Assembly: GCF_051860145.1 (NCBI RefSeq)
Contig: NZ_JBHYEM010000002.1
Location: 277,780-341,779 of the forward strand
Direction: 5' to 3'
DNA from: Bosea sp. (in: a-proteobacteria)
GTDB taxonomy: Bacteria > Pseudomonadota > Alphaproteobacteria > Rhizobiales > Beijerinckiaceae
DNA: 64,000 bases
In this document: piece after piece, positions 9,533-18,289 of the stretch
Position numbering within the stretch: position 1 is the first letter of the stretch
Layout: each line of letters starts with the position of its first letter
Translations under genes and position numbers: made by a program
Notes under the pieces: model-generated
What the model was told of the DNA's origin: nothing
Database searches by the model: none
Seen by the model: the letters and a program-made list of their open reading frames with translations, nothing else

Positions 9533-9572
9533 GTCATTCTCGGGCGGAGCGAAGCGCAGACCCGAGCATGAC
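9533..9572. repeat. REP/MITE-like palindromic repeat, family B (short copy)
   Basis: GTCATTCTCGGGCGGAGCGAAGCGCAGACCCGAGCATGAC lies between convergent genes. It shares the GTCAT..CCCGAGCATGAC termini with the copies at 14369, 25349 and 46805. Confidence 0.7.
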
Positions 9573-9581
9573 GAGGCACCC

Positions 9582-10085
9582 TCAACCCGCCGCCCGCACC
9601 ATGAAGCGCGCGTCGCCGCCATAGCTCGCAAGCTTCGCGTCCAGCCGCGGGTCGGCGACGACCGAAAAGCCCTGCCTGACCCAGAACCCGGTCGAGCCAT
9701 TGACCGCGACCAGCGACAGGCTCGGCAGCCCGAGCCCCCGTGCGAGCCCGACAGCATCGGCGACCGCAAGCCTCGCCGCGCCGGTGCTCCGCGCCCGCGG
9801 CAGCAAGGCGAGATCGTGGATATAATAGGTCCCCGGCACCGCCGGCAGCGCACCGAGCGGCGCGTTCAGCGCCGGCGGCTCGTGCTCGCGCCAGGGATGG
9901 CTGACCAGATAGGCGCCGATCCCGCCAGCCATATCCAGCACCCGGCACCCCGCCCCGAAAAGCCGCAGCCGCTCGGCGAAGATTTCAGCCTCCTCCGGAA
10001 AATCCGGATGCACCGCGGCCGCGACCGCCATGACCGCGCCGAGATCGGCTCGCGTCATTCCCCGCCAATGCTGTGCGCCCGCCAT
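9582..10085 (-). CDS. GNAT family N-acetyltransferase
   Basis: ORF 9582..10124. I prefer the ATG at 10085 because GGGAGG lies 6 nt upstream. ..YYIHDLALLPRARSTGAARLAVADAVGLARGLGLPSLSLVAVNGSTGFWVRQGF is an acetyl-CoA-binding-type motif. Confidence 0.7.
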   Translation of the reverse strand: MAGAQHWRGMTRADLGAVMAVAAAVHPDFPEEAEIFAERLRLFGAGCRVLDMAGGIGAYLVSHPWREHEPPALNAPLGALPAVPGTYYIHDLALLPRARSTGAARLAVADAVGLARGLGLPSLSLVAVNGSTGFWVRQGFSVVADPRLDAKLASYGGDARFMVRAAG

Positions 10086-10214
10086 GCTGCGCCTCCCATC
10101 TCGCCATTTATTCCAATCCGGCAAAAGTCATCAAGCATTCCTACGGCTACAGGCGAAAGCGATTTGCGCCGATACTCCCCGCCAGGTTTCACAGCGAATG
10201 CGAAGGAGAACGCC

Positions 10215-11828
10215 ATGTCGCTTGCCGAGAGCCGCAGCACGCAGCTGCCCAAGGGCGTCGTCGTCAAGGGCGCGATGGGCGACCGTTTCGACGAGATCCT
10301 GAGCCATGACGCGCTCGCCTTCGTCGCCGACCTGCAGCGCCGCTTCAACGAGACGCGCAAGCGCCTGCTCGCCGTGCGCAAGGAGCGTCAGAAGCGCTTC
10401 GATGCCGGCGAGACCCCGGATTTCCTGGCCGAGACCAGGCATGTCCGCGAGGGCGACTGGACGGTGGCGCCGATCCCAGCCGACCTGCTCGATCGCCGCG
10501 TCGAAATCACCGGCCCGGTCGACCGCAAGATGATCATCAACGCGCTGAACTCCGGCGCCAAGGTCTTCATGGCCGATTTCGAGGACGCCTCCTCGCCGGT
10601 CTGGGCCAATATGGTCGAGGGCCAGATCAACCTGAAGGATCGCTGGGCGAACAGGATCGACTTCACCGAGCCGAGCACCGGCAAGGCCTACAAGCTCAAG
10701 GACAAGCCGGCCGTCCTGATCATCCGCCCGCGCGGCTGGCATCTGCCCGAGCGCCATATCGAGATCGACGGCGAGGTCGCCTCGGGCTCGCTGGTCGATT
10801 TCGGGCTCTATGTCTTCCACAACGCCAAACCGGCGCTGGCCCAGGGCTCGGGCCCCTATTTCTATTTGCCCAAGCTCGAGAGCCATCTCGAGGCGCGGCT
10901 CTGGAACGACGTCTTCGTCGCCGCCCAGAATGCGCTCGGCCTCAAGACCGGCACGATCAAGGCGACGGTGCTGATCGAGACCCTGCCGGCCGCCTTCGAG
11001 ATGGACGAGATCCTGCACGAGCTGCGCGACCACATGGCCGGTCTGAACTGCGGCCGCTGGGACTACATCTTCTCCTTCATCAAGAAGCTCGCCCGCAACG
11101 AGGCCTATGTCCTGCCCGACCGTTCGCAGGTGGTGATGACCAAGGCCTTCCTGCGCGCCTATTCGCTGCTGCTGATCAAGACCTGCCACCGCCGCGGCGC
11201 CTTCGCCATGGGCGGCATGGCGGCGCAGATCCCGGTCAAGAACAACCCGGAGGCCAACGCCGCCGCCTTCGCCAAGGTCAAGGCCGACAAGGAGCGCGAG
11301 GCCGGCGACGGCCATGACGGCACCTGGGTCGCCCATCCTGACCTCGTCCCGGTGGCGATGGAGGTGTTCGACCGGCTGATGCCGCAGCAGAACCAGCTCG
11401 ACAAGCTGCGCGAGGACGTCTCGGTCGGCCGCGAGCAGCTCCTGGAAGTCCATCAGGGTACCCGCACCGAGGAGGGTTTTCGCGAGAACATCCGCGTCGG
11501 CGTGCAATATCTCGAAGCCTGGCTGCGCGGCCGCGGCGCCGTGCCGATCTACAACATGATGGAGGACGCCGCGACCGCCGAGATCAGCCGCGCCCAGATC
11601 TGGCAATTCGTCCAATACGGCGTCGAGGTCGATGGCGGCACCAAGGTCGACGCCGACCTCTTCAAGCGCTGCCTCGCCGAGGAGATGGAGCGCGTGAAGG
11701 GCGAGGTCGGCCCCGAGAACTACGCCAAGGGCCGCTTCCCGGAAGCGATCGAGCTCTTCTCGAAACTCTCGCTCGCGCCGGAATTCGAGGAGTTCCTGAC
11801 CGTACCGGCCTACGGCAAGCTCGCGTGA
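10215..11828 (+). CDS. aceB: malate synthase A
   Basis: ATG at 10215 after GAAGGAGAA; 537 aa. ..DLLDRRVEITGPVDRKMIINALNSGAKVFMADFEDASSP...LNCGRWDYIFSF.. are hallmark malate synthase A segments. Confidence 0.92.
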   Translation: MSLAESRSTQLPKGVVVKGAMGDRFDEILSHDALAFVADLQRRFNETRKRLLAVRKERQKRFDAGETPDFLAETRHVREGDWTVAPIPADLLDRRVEITGPVDRKMIINALNSGAKVFMADFEDASSPVWANMVEGQINLKDRWANRIDFTEPSTGKAYKLKDKPAVLIIRPRGWHLPERHIEIDGEVASGSLVDFGLYVFHNAKPALAQGSGPYFYLPKLESHLEARLWNDVFVAAQNALGLKTGTIKATVLIETLPAAFEMDEILHELRDHMAGLNCGRWDYIFSFIKKLARNEAYVLPDRSQVVMTKAFLRAYSLLLIKTCHRRGAFAMGGMAAQIPVKNNPEANAAAFAKVKADKEREAGDGHDGTWVAHPDLVPVAMEVFDRLMPQQNQLDKLREDVSVGREQLLEVHQGTRTEEGFRENIRVGVQYLEAWLRGRGAVPIYNMMEDAATAEISRAQIWQFVQYGVEVDGGTKVDADLFKRCLAEEMERVKGEVGPENYAKGRFPEAIELFSKLSLAPEFEEFLTVPAYGKLA

Positions 11829-11835
11829 GGATCAT

Positions 11836-11863
11836 GACCGGCGCCGGGAAACCGGCGCCGGTC
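11836..11863 (+). terminator. stem-loop downstream of aceB (possible terminator, weak U-tract)
   Basis: Perfect 12-bp stem GACCGGCGCCGG-GAAA-CCGGCGCCGGTC, 8 nt after the aceB stop. Confidence 0.4.
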
Positions 11864-11919
11864 GGCGAATGCTTTGAGGACCGACTGGAGAAGGGTCCGC
11901 TATGGGTGGGAAGCGGGCC

Positions 11920-12426
11920 TTACCGGCTATAGCCGATAACCCTTAGGCCACCGAGAAAGGCTACGAAATTGCAGTTGAGATGCAGGAGGACGGCTTCCGC
12001 TGCCGAGAGGTTCTGAGCAATCTCGCGAGCTGGGACATTGTTTGGCCGCGGGAAGCGAGCAACGGCGGGAATATCCAGCCACTCAATCGAGCGAAGCTCA
12101 ATCGGGCCGAATTGGCTGTCTATCCAGGGTATAGGCGGCTGAAGGGAGCTAATCGAGGGGAAGACCATGACCTTCGGCTCGGACACATCGATAAACTTCA
12201 CGATCATCTGCGCGAGACCGACACCGGCATCGTCCATAGCCGTGAAGAGCTTCCTCCACTTCGTGTCCGACATGTGAGCGTGAGAAAACTCACGCCGTGC
12301 CAATGACGATAGCCTGTCGAGATCAGCTCGGGAGTGCGTAGTCATACGCAACCGTGTCACGCTCAAGAAATGTCCGCAACGGGTCGGAAGCCGACACTTC
12401 GTGCCAGTCACCGCCGGGGACATCAC
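11920..12426 (-). CDS. orphan hypothetical protein in lower-G+C islet (start uncertain; ATG at 12273 possible)
   Basis: ORF 11920..12426. Codon usage is visibly less G/C-biased than the neighbouring genes, no SD precedes any candidate start, and no family is recognised. Confidence 0.45.
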   Translation of the reverse strand: MMSPAVTGTKCRLPTRCGHFLSVTRLRMTTHSRADLDRLSSLARREFSHAHMSDTKWRKLFTAMDDAGVGLAQMIVKFIDVSEPKVMVFPSISSLQPPIPWIDSQFGPIELRSIEWLDIPAVARFPRPNNVPAREIAQNLSAAEAVLLHLNCNFVAFLGGLRVIGYSR

Positions 12427-12487
12427 TGGTGGGAAGCCGGCGCAACAGGAAATTGGCCGCTACAGCAGAGCGCTCAGCCCGCACCCC

Positions 12488-12580
12488 TCAAACCGCCCCG
12501 CACAGCCATCCCCAGAGCGCCGTCGCGGCCAGGGCGAATATCACGAAGGTCGCCTTGGCATCATGGGGCAGGTGTCGCAT
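12488..12580 (-). CDS. candidate 30-aa hydrophobic small protein
   Basis: The ATG at 12580 is preceded by AAAGGAGAGG (SD) 4 nt upstream. It encodes MRHLPHDAKATFVIFALAATALWGWLCGAV*, a single predicted transmembrane helix. Confidence 0.4.
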   Translation of the reverse strand: MRHLPHDAKATFVIFALAATALWGWLCGAV

Positions 12581-12722
12581 TCGGCCTCTCCTTTCTCGGA
12601 GGAGATGCATATCGGACGCCATGTAACAGGCGCATGACGAATGGCAGGCTAGAATATCAGCATGCCGGAATCGCAGAACGGGAAGCCCGCGGTCAATCCC
12701 TCCAAATCGGCTATGATAGGCC

Positions 12723-13286
12723 ATGAGCAACTTTCTCGCCCGACTCGATGAAACCGTCTCGCGCTACCGCGCCGAAGTCGCGACCTCGCGCGAGCATCTC
12801 GCCCTGCTGCGCTGGCAAATCACTGAGCGCCACGCGCTCGACGACCGCGCGACCTTTCCCGGCCATGTCACGACCAGCGCCATCGTGCTCTCGCCCGATC
12901 ACGCCCAGGTGCTGCTGATCGACCATGTCGTGATCGGCCGCTGGCTGCAGCCCGGCGGGCATTACGAGCCGGCCGAGTTCTTCCACCAGTCCGCGGCGCG
13001 GGAGGCGGTCGAGGAGACCGGCATCGCCGGGCTCGAGCTGCATCCCTGGCATCGCGGCGGCGATCTGCCCTTCGCCATCGACAGCCATGACGTCCCCGGC
13101 AAGCCGTCGCGCAACGAACCGGCCCATATCCACCACGACCTGCAATATCTCTTCCTCGCCGACCCGGCAGCGGCCCTGGTCGCGCAGGAGGATGAGGTTC
13201 ATGCCGCCGCCTGGAAGCCGTTCTCGGCGCTGTTCGAGATCGCGCCGCTGGCCGCCGGGCGTCTCATTTCCGTTGTCTCGGTCTGA
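12723..13286 (+). CDS. NUDIX hydrolase
   Basis: Nudix box GGHYEPAEFFHQSAAREAVEETG is present in the 187-aa product. Confidence 0.85.
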   Translation: MSNFLARLDETVSRYRAEVATSREHLALLRWQITERHALDDRATFPGHVTTSAIVLSPDHAQVLLIDHVVIGRWLQPGGHYEPAEFFHQSAAREAVEETGIAGLELHPWHRGGDLPFAIDSHDVPGKPSRNEPAHIHHDLQYLFLADPAAALVAQEDEVHAAAWKPFSALFEIAPLAAGRLISVVSV

Positions 13287-13453
13287 GCATTGTTGCCGCG
13301 GCGCAACATGTAACTTTATTACATTCTGAGCCACCCTTGCCCTCTCGCCTTCCCCAACGCGATGGCGGATCATTTCTGTCGACTCAGCACAAGATGCTAT
13401 TGCAAACCATTTGCATCTAGGTGAGAGTGCATCGTCCAACCGGGAACCATTCG

Positions 13454-14353
13454 ATGTCCTCCAAGCTCACCGCCGCCATCCTCGCCCTGAGCGCCGCTTC
13501 AGCGACCGCCTTCGCCGCCGACCTGCCCTCGCGCAAGGGCGCGCCGGCTGCGCCCGCGCCACTCTCCGCCTGCACCGAGAGCGAGGGCATCCCGACCGAC
13601 GCCTTCGGCTTCACCACCGGCTCCGATGTCGGCGATCCTGGCTCCTTCGGTGCGAGCCTGACCTATGGCGGCGCCTTCGGCACGCGCGCCGGCCGGCTCA
13701 ACAGCCATAGCGCTGTGCTGCAGGGCTCCTACGGCCTCGCCCCCTGCCTCGAGGTCGGCCCCTACCTGCTCGGCGGCTTCAGCAACGCCAGGATCGGCGG
13801 CGTCAGCGCCGACGAGCGCTCGCTCGGCGCCGGCGTCGAGATCAAGTACAAGCTGCTCGGCCGCGACCTGCACGGTATCGGCCTGACCGCCGTGATCGAT
13901 CCGAGCTTCAACCGTGCCGATCCCGATGGAGCGGCGCGCTTCACCACCTATAATACGGGCCTGCGCCTCTTCGCCGACACGGCGCTCGCCCCCGGCAAGC
14001 TCTATGCCGCGCTCAATCTCTCGCAGGACCTGACCTGGACCGGGCCCGATCCCTATGGCCGTTCCTCGACCTTCTCGGTCGGCGGCGCGCTGGCCTGGCA
14101 GGTGCTGGAGGGCGTCTATCTCAGCGGCGAGGTCCGCCATATGCGCGCCTATGACACGCTCGGGTTCAGCAAGGAGGCTGGCCATGCCACCTTCGCCGGC
14201 CCCGGCATCTACTGGCAGGCGACCAAGGACCTGGCGATCTCGGCCGCCTACAACGTCCAGCTCGCCGGCAAGGCCAAGGGCGAGCCGGGCAATCTCGACC
14301 TGACCAATTTCAGCCAGCACCTGGTCAAGGTGAAGCTCGCCTACAGCTTCTGA
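13454..14353 (+). CDS. outer-membrane beta-barrel protein (paralog of 26998-27894)
   Basis: ATG at 13454; signal peptide MSSKLTAAILALSAASATAFA; alternating-hydrophobicity strands; C-terminal ..VKVKLAYSF ending in Phe. Confidence 0.75.
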   Translation: MSSKLTAAILALSAASATAFAADLPSRKGAPAAPAPLSACTESEGIPTDAFGFTTGSDVGDPGSFGASLTYGGAFGTRAGRLNSHSAVLQGSYGLAPCLEVGPYLLGGFSNARIGGVSADERSLGAGVEIKYKLLGRDLHGIGLTAVIDPSFNRADPDGAARFTTYNTGLRLFADTALAPGKLYAALNLSQDLTWTGPDPYGRSSTFSVGGALAWQVLEGVYLSGEVRHMRAYDTLGFSKEAGHATFAGPGIYWQATKDLAISAAYNVQLAGKAKGEPGNLDLTNFSQHLVKVKLAYSF

Positions 14354-14368
14354 GGCGAGCCTCTGCGC

Positions 14369-14452
14369 GTCATTCCCGGGCGAAGACCCGGGAATCTCAG
14401 GCCGGACGAAGCTCGCGTTTCCAAGATGCTCGGGTCTTCGCCCGAGCATGAC
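14369..14452. repeat. REP/MITE-like palindromic repeat, family B
   Basis: Two hairpins, ATTCCCGGG-CGAAGA-CCCGGGAAT and ATGCTCGGG-TCTTCG-CCCGAGCAT, bracketed by GTCAT...ATGAC. Located between convergent genes. Confidence 0.75.
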
Positions 14453-14471
14453 GGCCGATGACAGCCGCGCC

Positions 14472-15986
14472 TCAGCGCAGCAACGACTGGCCGGTCATCT
14501 CCTCCGGCTGCTCCAGCCCCATCAGCGCCAGCAGCGTCGGCGCGACATCGGCGAGCCGGCCGTCGGCGAGCGCCTTCGCCTTGCCGCCGACCAGCATGAC
14601 CGGCACCGGGAAGGTCGTATGCGCCGTATGCGGCTTGCCGGTCTGCGGATCGACCATCAGCTCGCTATTGCCGTGATCGGCGGTGACGAGGAGCGCGCCG
14701 CCCATTTGCTCGATCGCCTCGGCGATCCGCCCGAGCCCGGCATCGACGGTCTCGACCGCCTTGATCGCCGCCGCCTCGATGCCGGTATGGCCGACCATGT
14801 CGGGATTGGCGAAGTTGAGTATGACCAGGTCGTAGCGATCGGAGGTGACCGCCTCGACCGCCTTCTGCGTCAGCTCGGGTGCCGACATCTCGGGCTGCAG
14901 GTCGTAGGTCGCGACCTTGGGCGAGGGCACCATCACCCGGTCCTCGCCGGGATAGGGCCGCTCCTCGCCGCCATTGAAGAAATAGGTGACATGCGGGTAT
15001 TTCTCGGTCTCGGCCATCCGCGCCTGCATCAGCCCGGCCTTGGCGACCATCTCGCCGAGGCCGTTGGCCAGGGTCTGCGGCGGGAACAGGGCCGGCATCA
15101 GCTTGTCGAGCTCGGCGCTGTAGGAGGTCATGCTGACGGCGCCGGCGAGCTTGGGCAGGCGCCGCCGCTCAAAACCCTTGAAATCCGGCTGCAGCACCGC
15201 CGACAGGATCTCTCGGATGCGGTCGGAGCGGAAATTGAAGCTGAGCAGCCCGTCGCCATCGACCATCCCGGCATAGCCGCCGATCACGGTGGGCACGATG
15301 AACTCGTCATTGACGCCCTCGGCATAGGCGGCCGCGATCGCCGCCTCGGCGGTCGCAAATCCCCGGCCCTGCCCCAGGACCATGGCGGCCCAGGCCTGCT
15401 CGACCCGTTCCCAGCGGTTGTCGCGGTCCATGGCGAAATAGCGGCCCGACAGGCTCGCGATCGCGGCCCCCTCGGGCAACGCCGCGGCGAACTCGCGAAG
15501 ATAGCCGGCAGCCGATTGCGGCGGCGTGTCGCGTCCGTCGGTGAAGACATGGACGCGGACGGCGATGCCCTGCCCGGTCAGGATGCGGGCCAGAGCGAGC
15601 GCATGGTTCTGATGCGCATGCACGCCGCCCGGCGAGACCAGGCCGAGCAGATGGCAGGCGCCGCGGGTCTTCTTCAGCGCAGCGACCAGTCCGGTCGCCA
15701 CCAGCGCGTCCGCGATCGAGCCGTCCGCGATGGCCTGGTTGATGCGCGGCAGGTCCTGCATCACCACGCGGCCGGCGCCGAGATTGAGATGGCCGACCTC
15801 GGAATTGCCCATCTGGCCCTCGGGCAGGCCGACATCGAGCCCGGAGGTCTTCAGGAAGGCATGCGGGCAGCTCGCCCAGAGCCTGTCGAAATGCGGCGTC
15901 TCGGCCAGGCGCACGGCGTTGTGCTTCGTGTCCTCGCGCCAGCCCCAGCCATCGAGGATCATCAGCATCACGGGGCGGTTCGACAT
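14472..15986 (-). CDS. gpmI: 2,3-bisphosphoglycerate-independent phosphoglycerate mutase
   Basis: ATG at 15986: MSNRPVMLMILDGWGWRED...GNSEVGHLNLGAGR..., about 504 aa, diagnostic iPGM motifs. Confidence 0.92.
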   Translation of the reverse strand: MSNRPVMLMILDGWGWREDTKHNAVRLAETPHFDRLWASCPHAFLKTSGLDVGLPEGQMGNSEVGHLNLGAGRVVMQDLPRINQAIADGSIADALVATGLVAALKKTRGACHLLGLVSPGGVHAHQNHALALARILTGQGIAVRVHVFTDGRDTPPQSAAGYLREFAAALPEGAAIASLSGRYFAMDRDNRWERVEQAWAAMVLGQGRGFATAEAAIAAAYAEGVNDEFIVPTVIGGYAGMVDGDGLLSFNFRSDRIREILSAVLQPDFKGFERRRLPKLAGAVSMTSYSAELDKLMPALFPPQTLANGLGEMVAKAGLMQARMAETEKYPHVTYFFNGGEERPYPGEDRVMVPSPKVATYDLQPEMSAPELTQKAVEAVTSDRYDLVILNFANPDMVGHTGIEAAAIKAVETVDAGLGRIAEAIEQMGGALLVTADHGNSELMVDPQTGKPHTAHTTFPVPVMLVGGKAKALADGRLADVAPTLLALMGLEQPEEMTGQSLLR

Positions 15987-16101
15987 GCGGCAACCTGTGG
16001 GCATCATGAAAAACAGCTTGTGCGGATATCACGCACCGCGCCCCGAATGCGAGTGCTAAGCTCAGCGCCACGCGGAAGCTGCGGCCAGCAAGGAGACGCT
16101 C

Positions 16102-16845
16102 ATGGCGATCAAGGCCCTCGTGTTCGACGCCTATGGCACCCTGTTCGATGTCCAGTCGGTCGCCGGCGTCACGGATGCGGCCTTCCCCGGCCATGGCGAG
16201 GCGATCACCCAGATCTGGCGCCTGAAACAGCTCGAATATACCTGGCTCCGGGCGCTGATGGACCGTTACGAGGATTTCTGGACGGTGACCTGCGAGTCGC
16301 TGGACTTCACCCTGTCGACGCTCGGCCTCTCCGCCACGCCCGAGCTGATCGCCGAGATCGCCGCGGCCTATGACGCGCTCGCGCTCTATCCCGAGGCCCG
16401 GCAGGCGCTGGAAGAGCTCGCCCCGTTCCGTCTCGCCATCTTCTCCAATGGCAGCCCGGCGATGCTGAAGCGGCTCGTGGCTCATGCCCGGATCGACGAA
16501 CTGCTCGAAACCGTGATCAGCGTCGACGAGATCGGCGTCTACAAGCCTGACCCGCGCGGCTATGGCCTGGTCGAGAAGCGGCTCGGCCTGTCGCGCGAGG
16601 AGATCCTCTTCGTCTCCTCGAATGGCTTCGACATCGCCGGCGCCAAGGCCTACGGCTTTCGCGTCGCGCGCATCGAGCGCGTACCGGCAAGGAGCCTGCG
16701 CATGGAGATCGACACCGCGGACCTGATCGGCCCCAGGACCATGTTCAAGGCCCTGCGCATGCAGCCCGAGCGGCTCGGGGAGACGGCTGACCTCACCGTC
16801 GCCGCCCTGACCGATCTCGCCGACTACGCCCTGGCCCATCGCTGA
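16102..16845 (+). CDS. haloacid dehalogenase type II
   Basis: MAIKALVFDAYGTLFDV...WRLKQLEYTWLR...VYKPDPRGY...FVSSNGFDIAGAK, the L-2-haloacid dehalogenase pattern. Confidence 0.85.
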   Translation: MAIKALVFDAYGTLFDVQSVAGVTDAAFPGHGEAITQIWRLKQLEYTWLRALMDRYEDFWTVTCESLDFTLSTLGLSATPELIAEIAAAYDALALYPEARQALEELAPFRLAIFSNGSPAMLKRLVAHARIDELLETVISVDEIGVYKPDPRGYGLVEKRLGLSREEILFVSSNGFDIAGAKAYGFRVARIERVPARSLRMEIDTADLIGPRTMFKALRMQPERLGETADLTVAALTDLADYALAHR

Positions 16846-16877
16846 GGCGCGATCTCGCTTTCCACTGGAGACAATCG

Positions 16878-17564
16878 ATGATCAAGCTCTACTACCATCC
16901 CTCGCCGAACCCGGCGAAGATCGCGCTCTTCCTCGAGGAGGCCGGCCTTTCCTACGAGATGGTGCCGGTCGACACCCGCCGCGGCGACCAGTTCAAGCCG
17001 GAATTCCTGGCGATCAACCCCAACGGCAAGACGCCGGCGCTCACCGATGGCGATGTCACAATCTTCGATTCCAGCGCGATCCTGCTCTATCTCGCCGAGA
17101 AGACCGGCCGGTTCCTGCCCGAGAACACGCCGAAGGCGCGCGGCGAGATGCTCTCCTGGCTGATGTTCGTCGCCACCGGCATCGGTCCCTATTGCGGACA
17201 AGCCGTGCATTTCACCCGTGCGGCGCCGGAGAAGCTGCCCTACGCGATCAACCGCTACACTTTCGAGGCCAAGCGCCACTGGGGCCTGATCGAAGCCCAG
17301 CTCGGCAAGCATCGCTACATGCTCGGCGACACCTATACGCTGATCGACATGGCGGTCTGGGGCTGGGCGACCCGCATCCCCTTCGCGCTCGGCGAGGAGG
17401 CCTTCGCGGCCATGCCCAACGTCAAGCGCCATCTCGACGAGATCTCCGCCCGTCCGGCGGCGCAGCGCGCCACGGCGCTGAAGGATAAATTCGCCTTCAA
17501 GACGGAAATGGACGAGGAGGCTCGCAAGATCCTGTTCCCGCAGAACGCCCATCTGGTGGCGTGA
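16878..17564 (+). CDS. glutathione S-transferase (YfcG/Nu-like)
   Basis: MIKLYYHPSPNPAKIALFLEEAGLSYEMVPVD...INPNGKTPAL...IFDSSAILLYLAEKTG. Confidence 0.88.
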   Translation: MIKLYYHPSPNPAKIALFLEEAGLSYEMVPVDTRRGDQFKPEFLAINPNGKTPALTDGDVTIFDSSAILLYLAEKTGRFLPENTPKARGEMLSWLMFVATGIGPYCGQAVHFTRAAPEKLPYAINRYTFEAKRHWGLIEAQLGKHRYMLGDTYTLIDMAVWGWATRIPFALGEEAFAAMPNVKRHLDEISARPAAQRATALKDKFAFKTEMDEEARKILFPQNAHLVA

Positions 17565-17596
17565 CGTCTCGCGCGCCGGGCACCGAGTGCCGCTCC

Positions 17597-17676
17597 GTCA
17601 TTGCGAGCGCAGCGAAGCAATCCAGGCTGGCACGCTCCCCTCTGGATTGCTTCGTCGCTGAGCTCCTCGCAATGAC
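17597..17676. repeat. REP/MITE-like inverted repeat, family A
   Basis: GTCATTGCGAGCGCAGCGAAGCAATCCAG...CTGGATTGCTTCGTCGCTGAGCTCCTCGCAATGAC between convergent genes. A second copy in opposite orientation lies at 50973-51054. Confidence 0.8.
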
Positions 17677-17689
17677 GATCGAGTCAGGC

Positions 17690-18289
17690 TCAGCCGGCAA
17701 TCACGAAATCGAACCGGCCGAGACGTCCGCCTTCGGCGGCGCTGATCGCCATCAGCAGGGCGCGGTCGAAGATGCCGTCGCGCGTATTGCCCGGCTCGTC
17801 CGGAAAATAGAGCTGCGTCGTCAGCACCGGTCCGCGCCCGGCCCGAACCTTGACGTGGAAATGCCGGGTCCGGCCGGGATAGAGACCCGGCACGCGCGTC
17901 AGGAACTGGTAGCGCCCCTGCGCGTCGGTGAACTGATGGCCGCGGAAGCGGAAGCCTGAATTGTCATAGTCGCCGCCGACATTGGCATGCCAGAGATCGA
18001 CCAGCGCGCCCGCGACCGGGCGGCATTGCGGCGTCAGGACGAAGCCGGAGAGCGCCAGCATCTCGCCCGCGCCATCGCCGCGCAGGTCGGGCTTCAGCGG
18101 CGAGGACGGCGTGAAATACGGCCCTTCGGTCTGGCGCCGCGTGACCGCGGCCTTGCCGTCGCAGGATGGTGTCAACGGCAGCGCGGCGCCCTGCCCCAGC
18201 GCTGGGACGGGCGGCGACAAGGCAGCGAAACCCGCAGCGGCAAGTCCGGCAGCGACGAGGTCACGACGGTTGAACTTGGTTTGCTGCAT
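17690..18289 (-). CDS. Tat-exported intradiol ring-cleavage dioxygenase family protein
   Basis: ATG at 18289. Twin-arginine leader [20 protein letters not shown].. and ..GPYF...VDLWHAN..GDY...[12 protein letters not shown], typical of the dioxygenase fold. Confidence 0.75.
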   Translation of the reverse strand: MQQTKFNRRDLVAAGLAAAGFAALSPPVPALGQGAALPLTPSCDGKAAVTRRQTEGPYFTPSSPLKPDLRGDGAGEMLALSGFVLTPQCRPVAGALVDLWHANVGGDYDNSGFRFRGHQFTDAQGRYQFLTRVPGLYPGRTRHFHVKVRAGRGPVLTTQLYFPDEPGNTRDGIFDRALLMAISAAEGGRLGRFDFVIAG

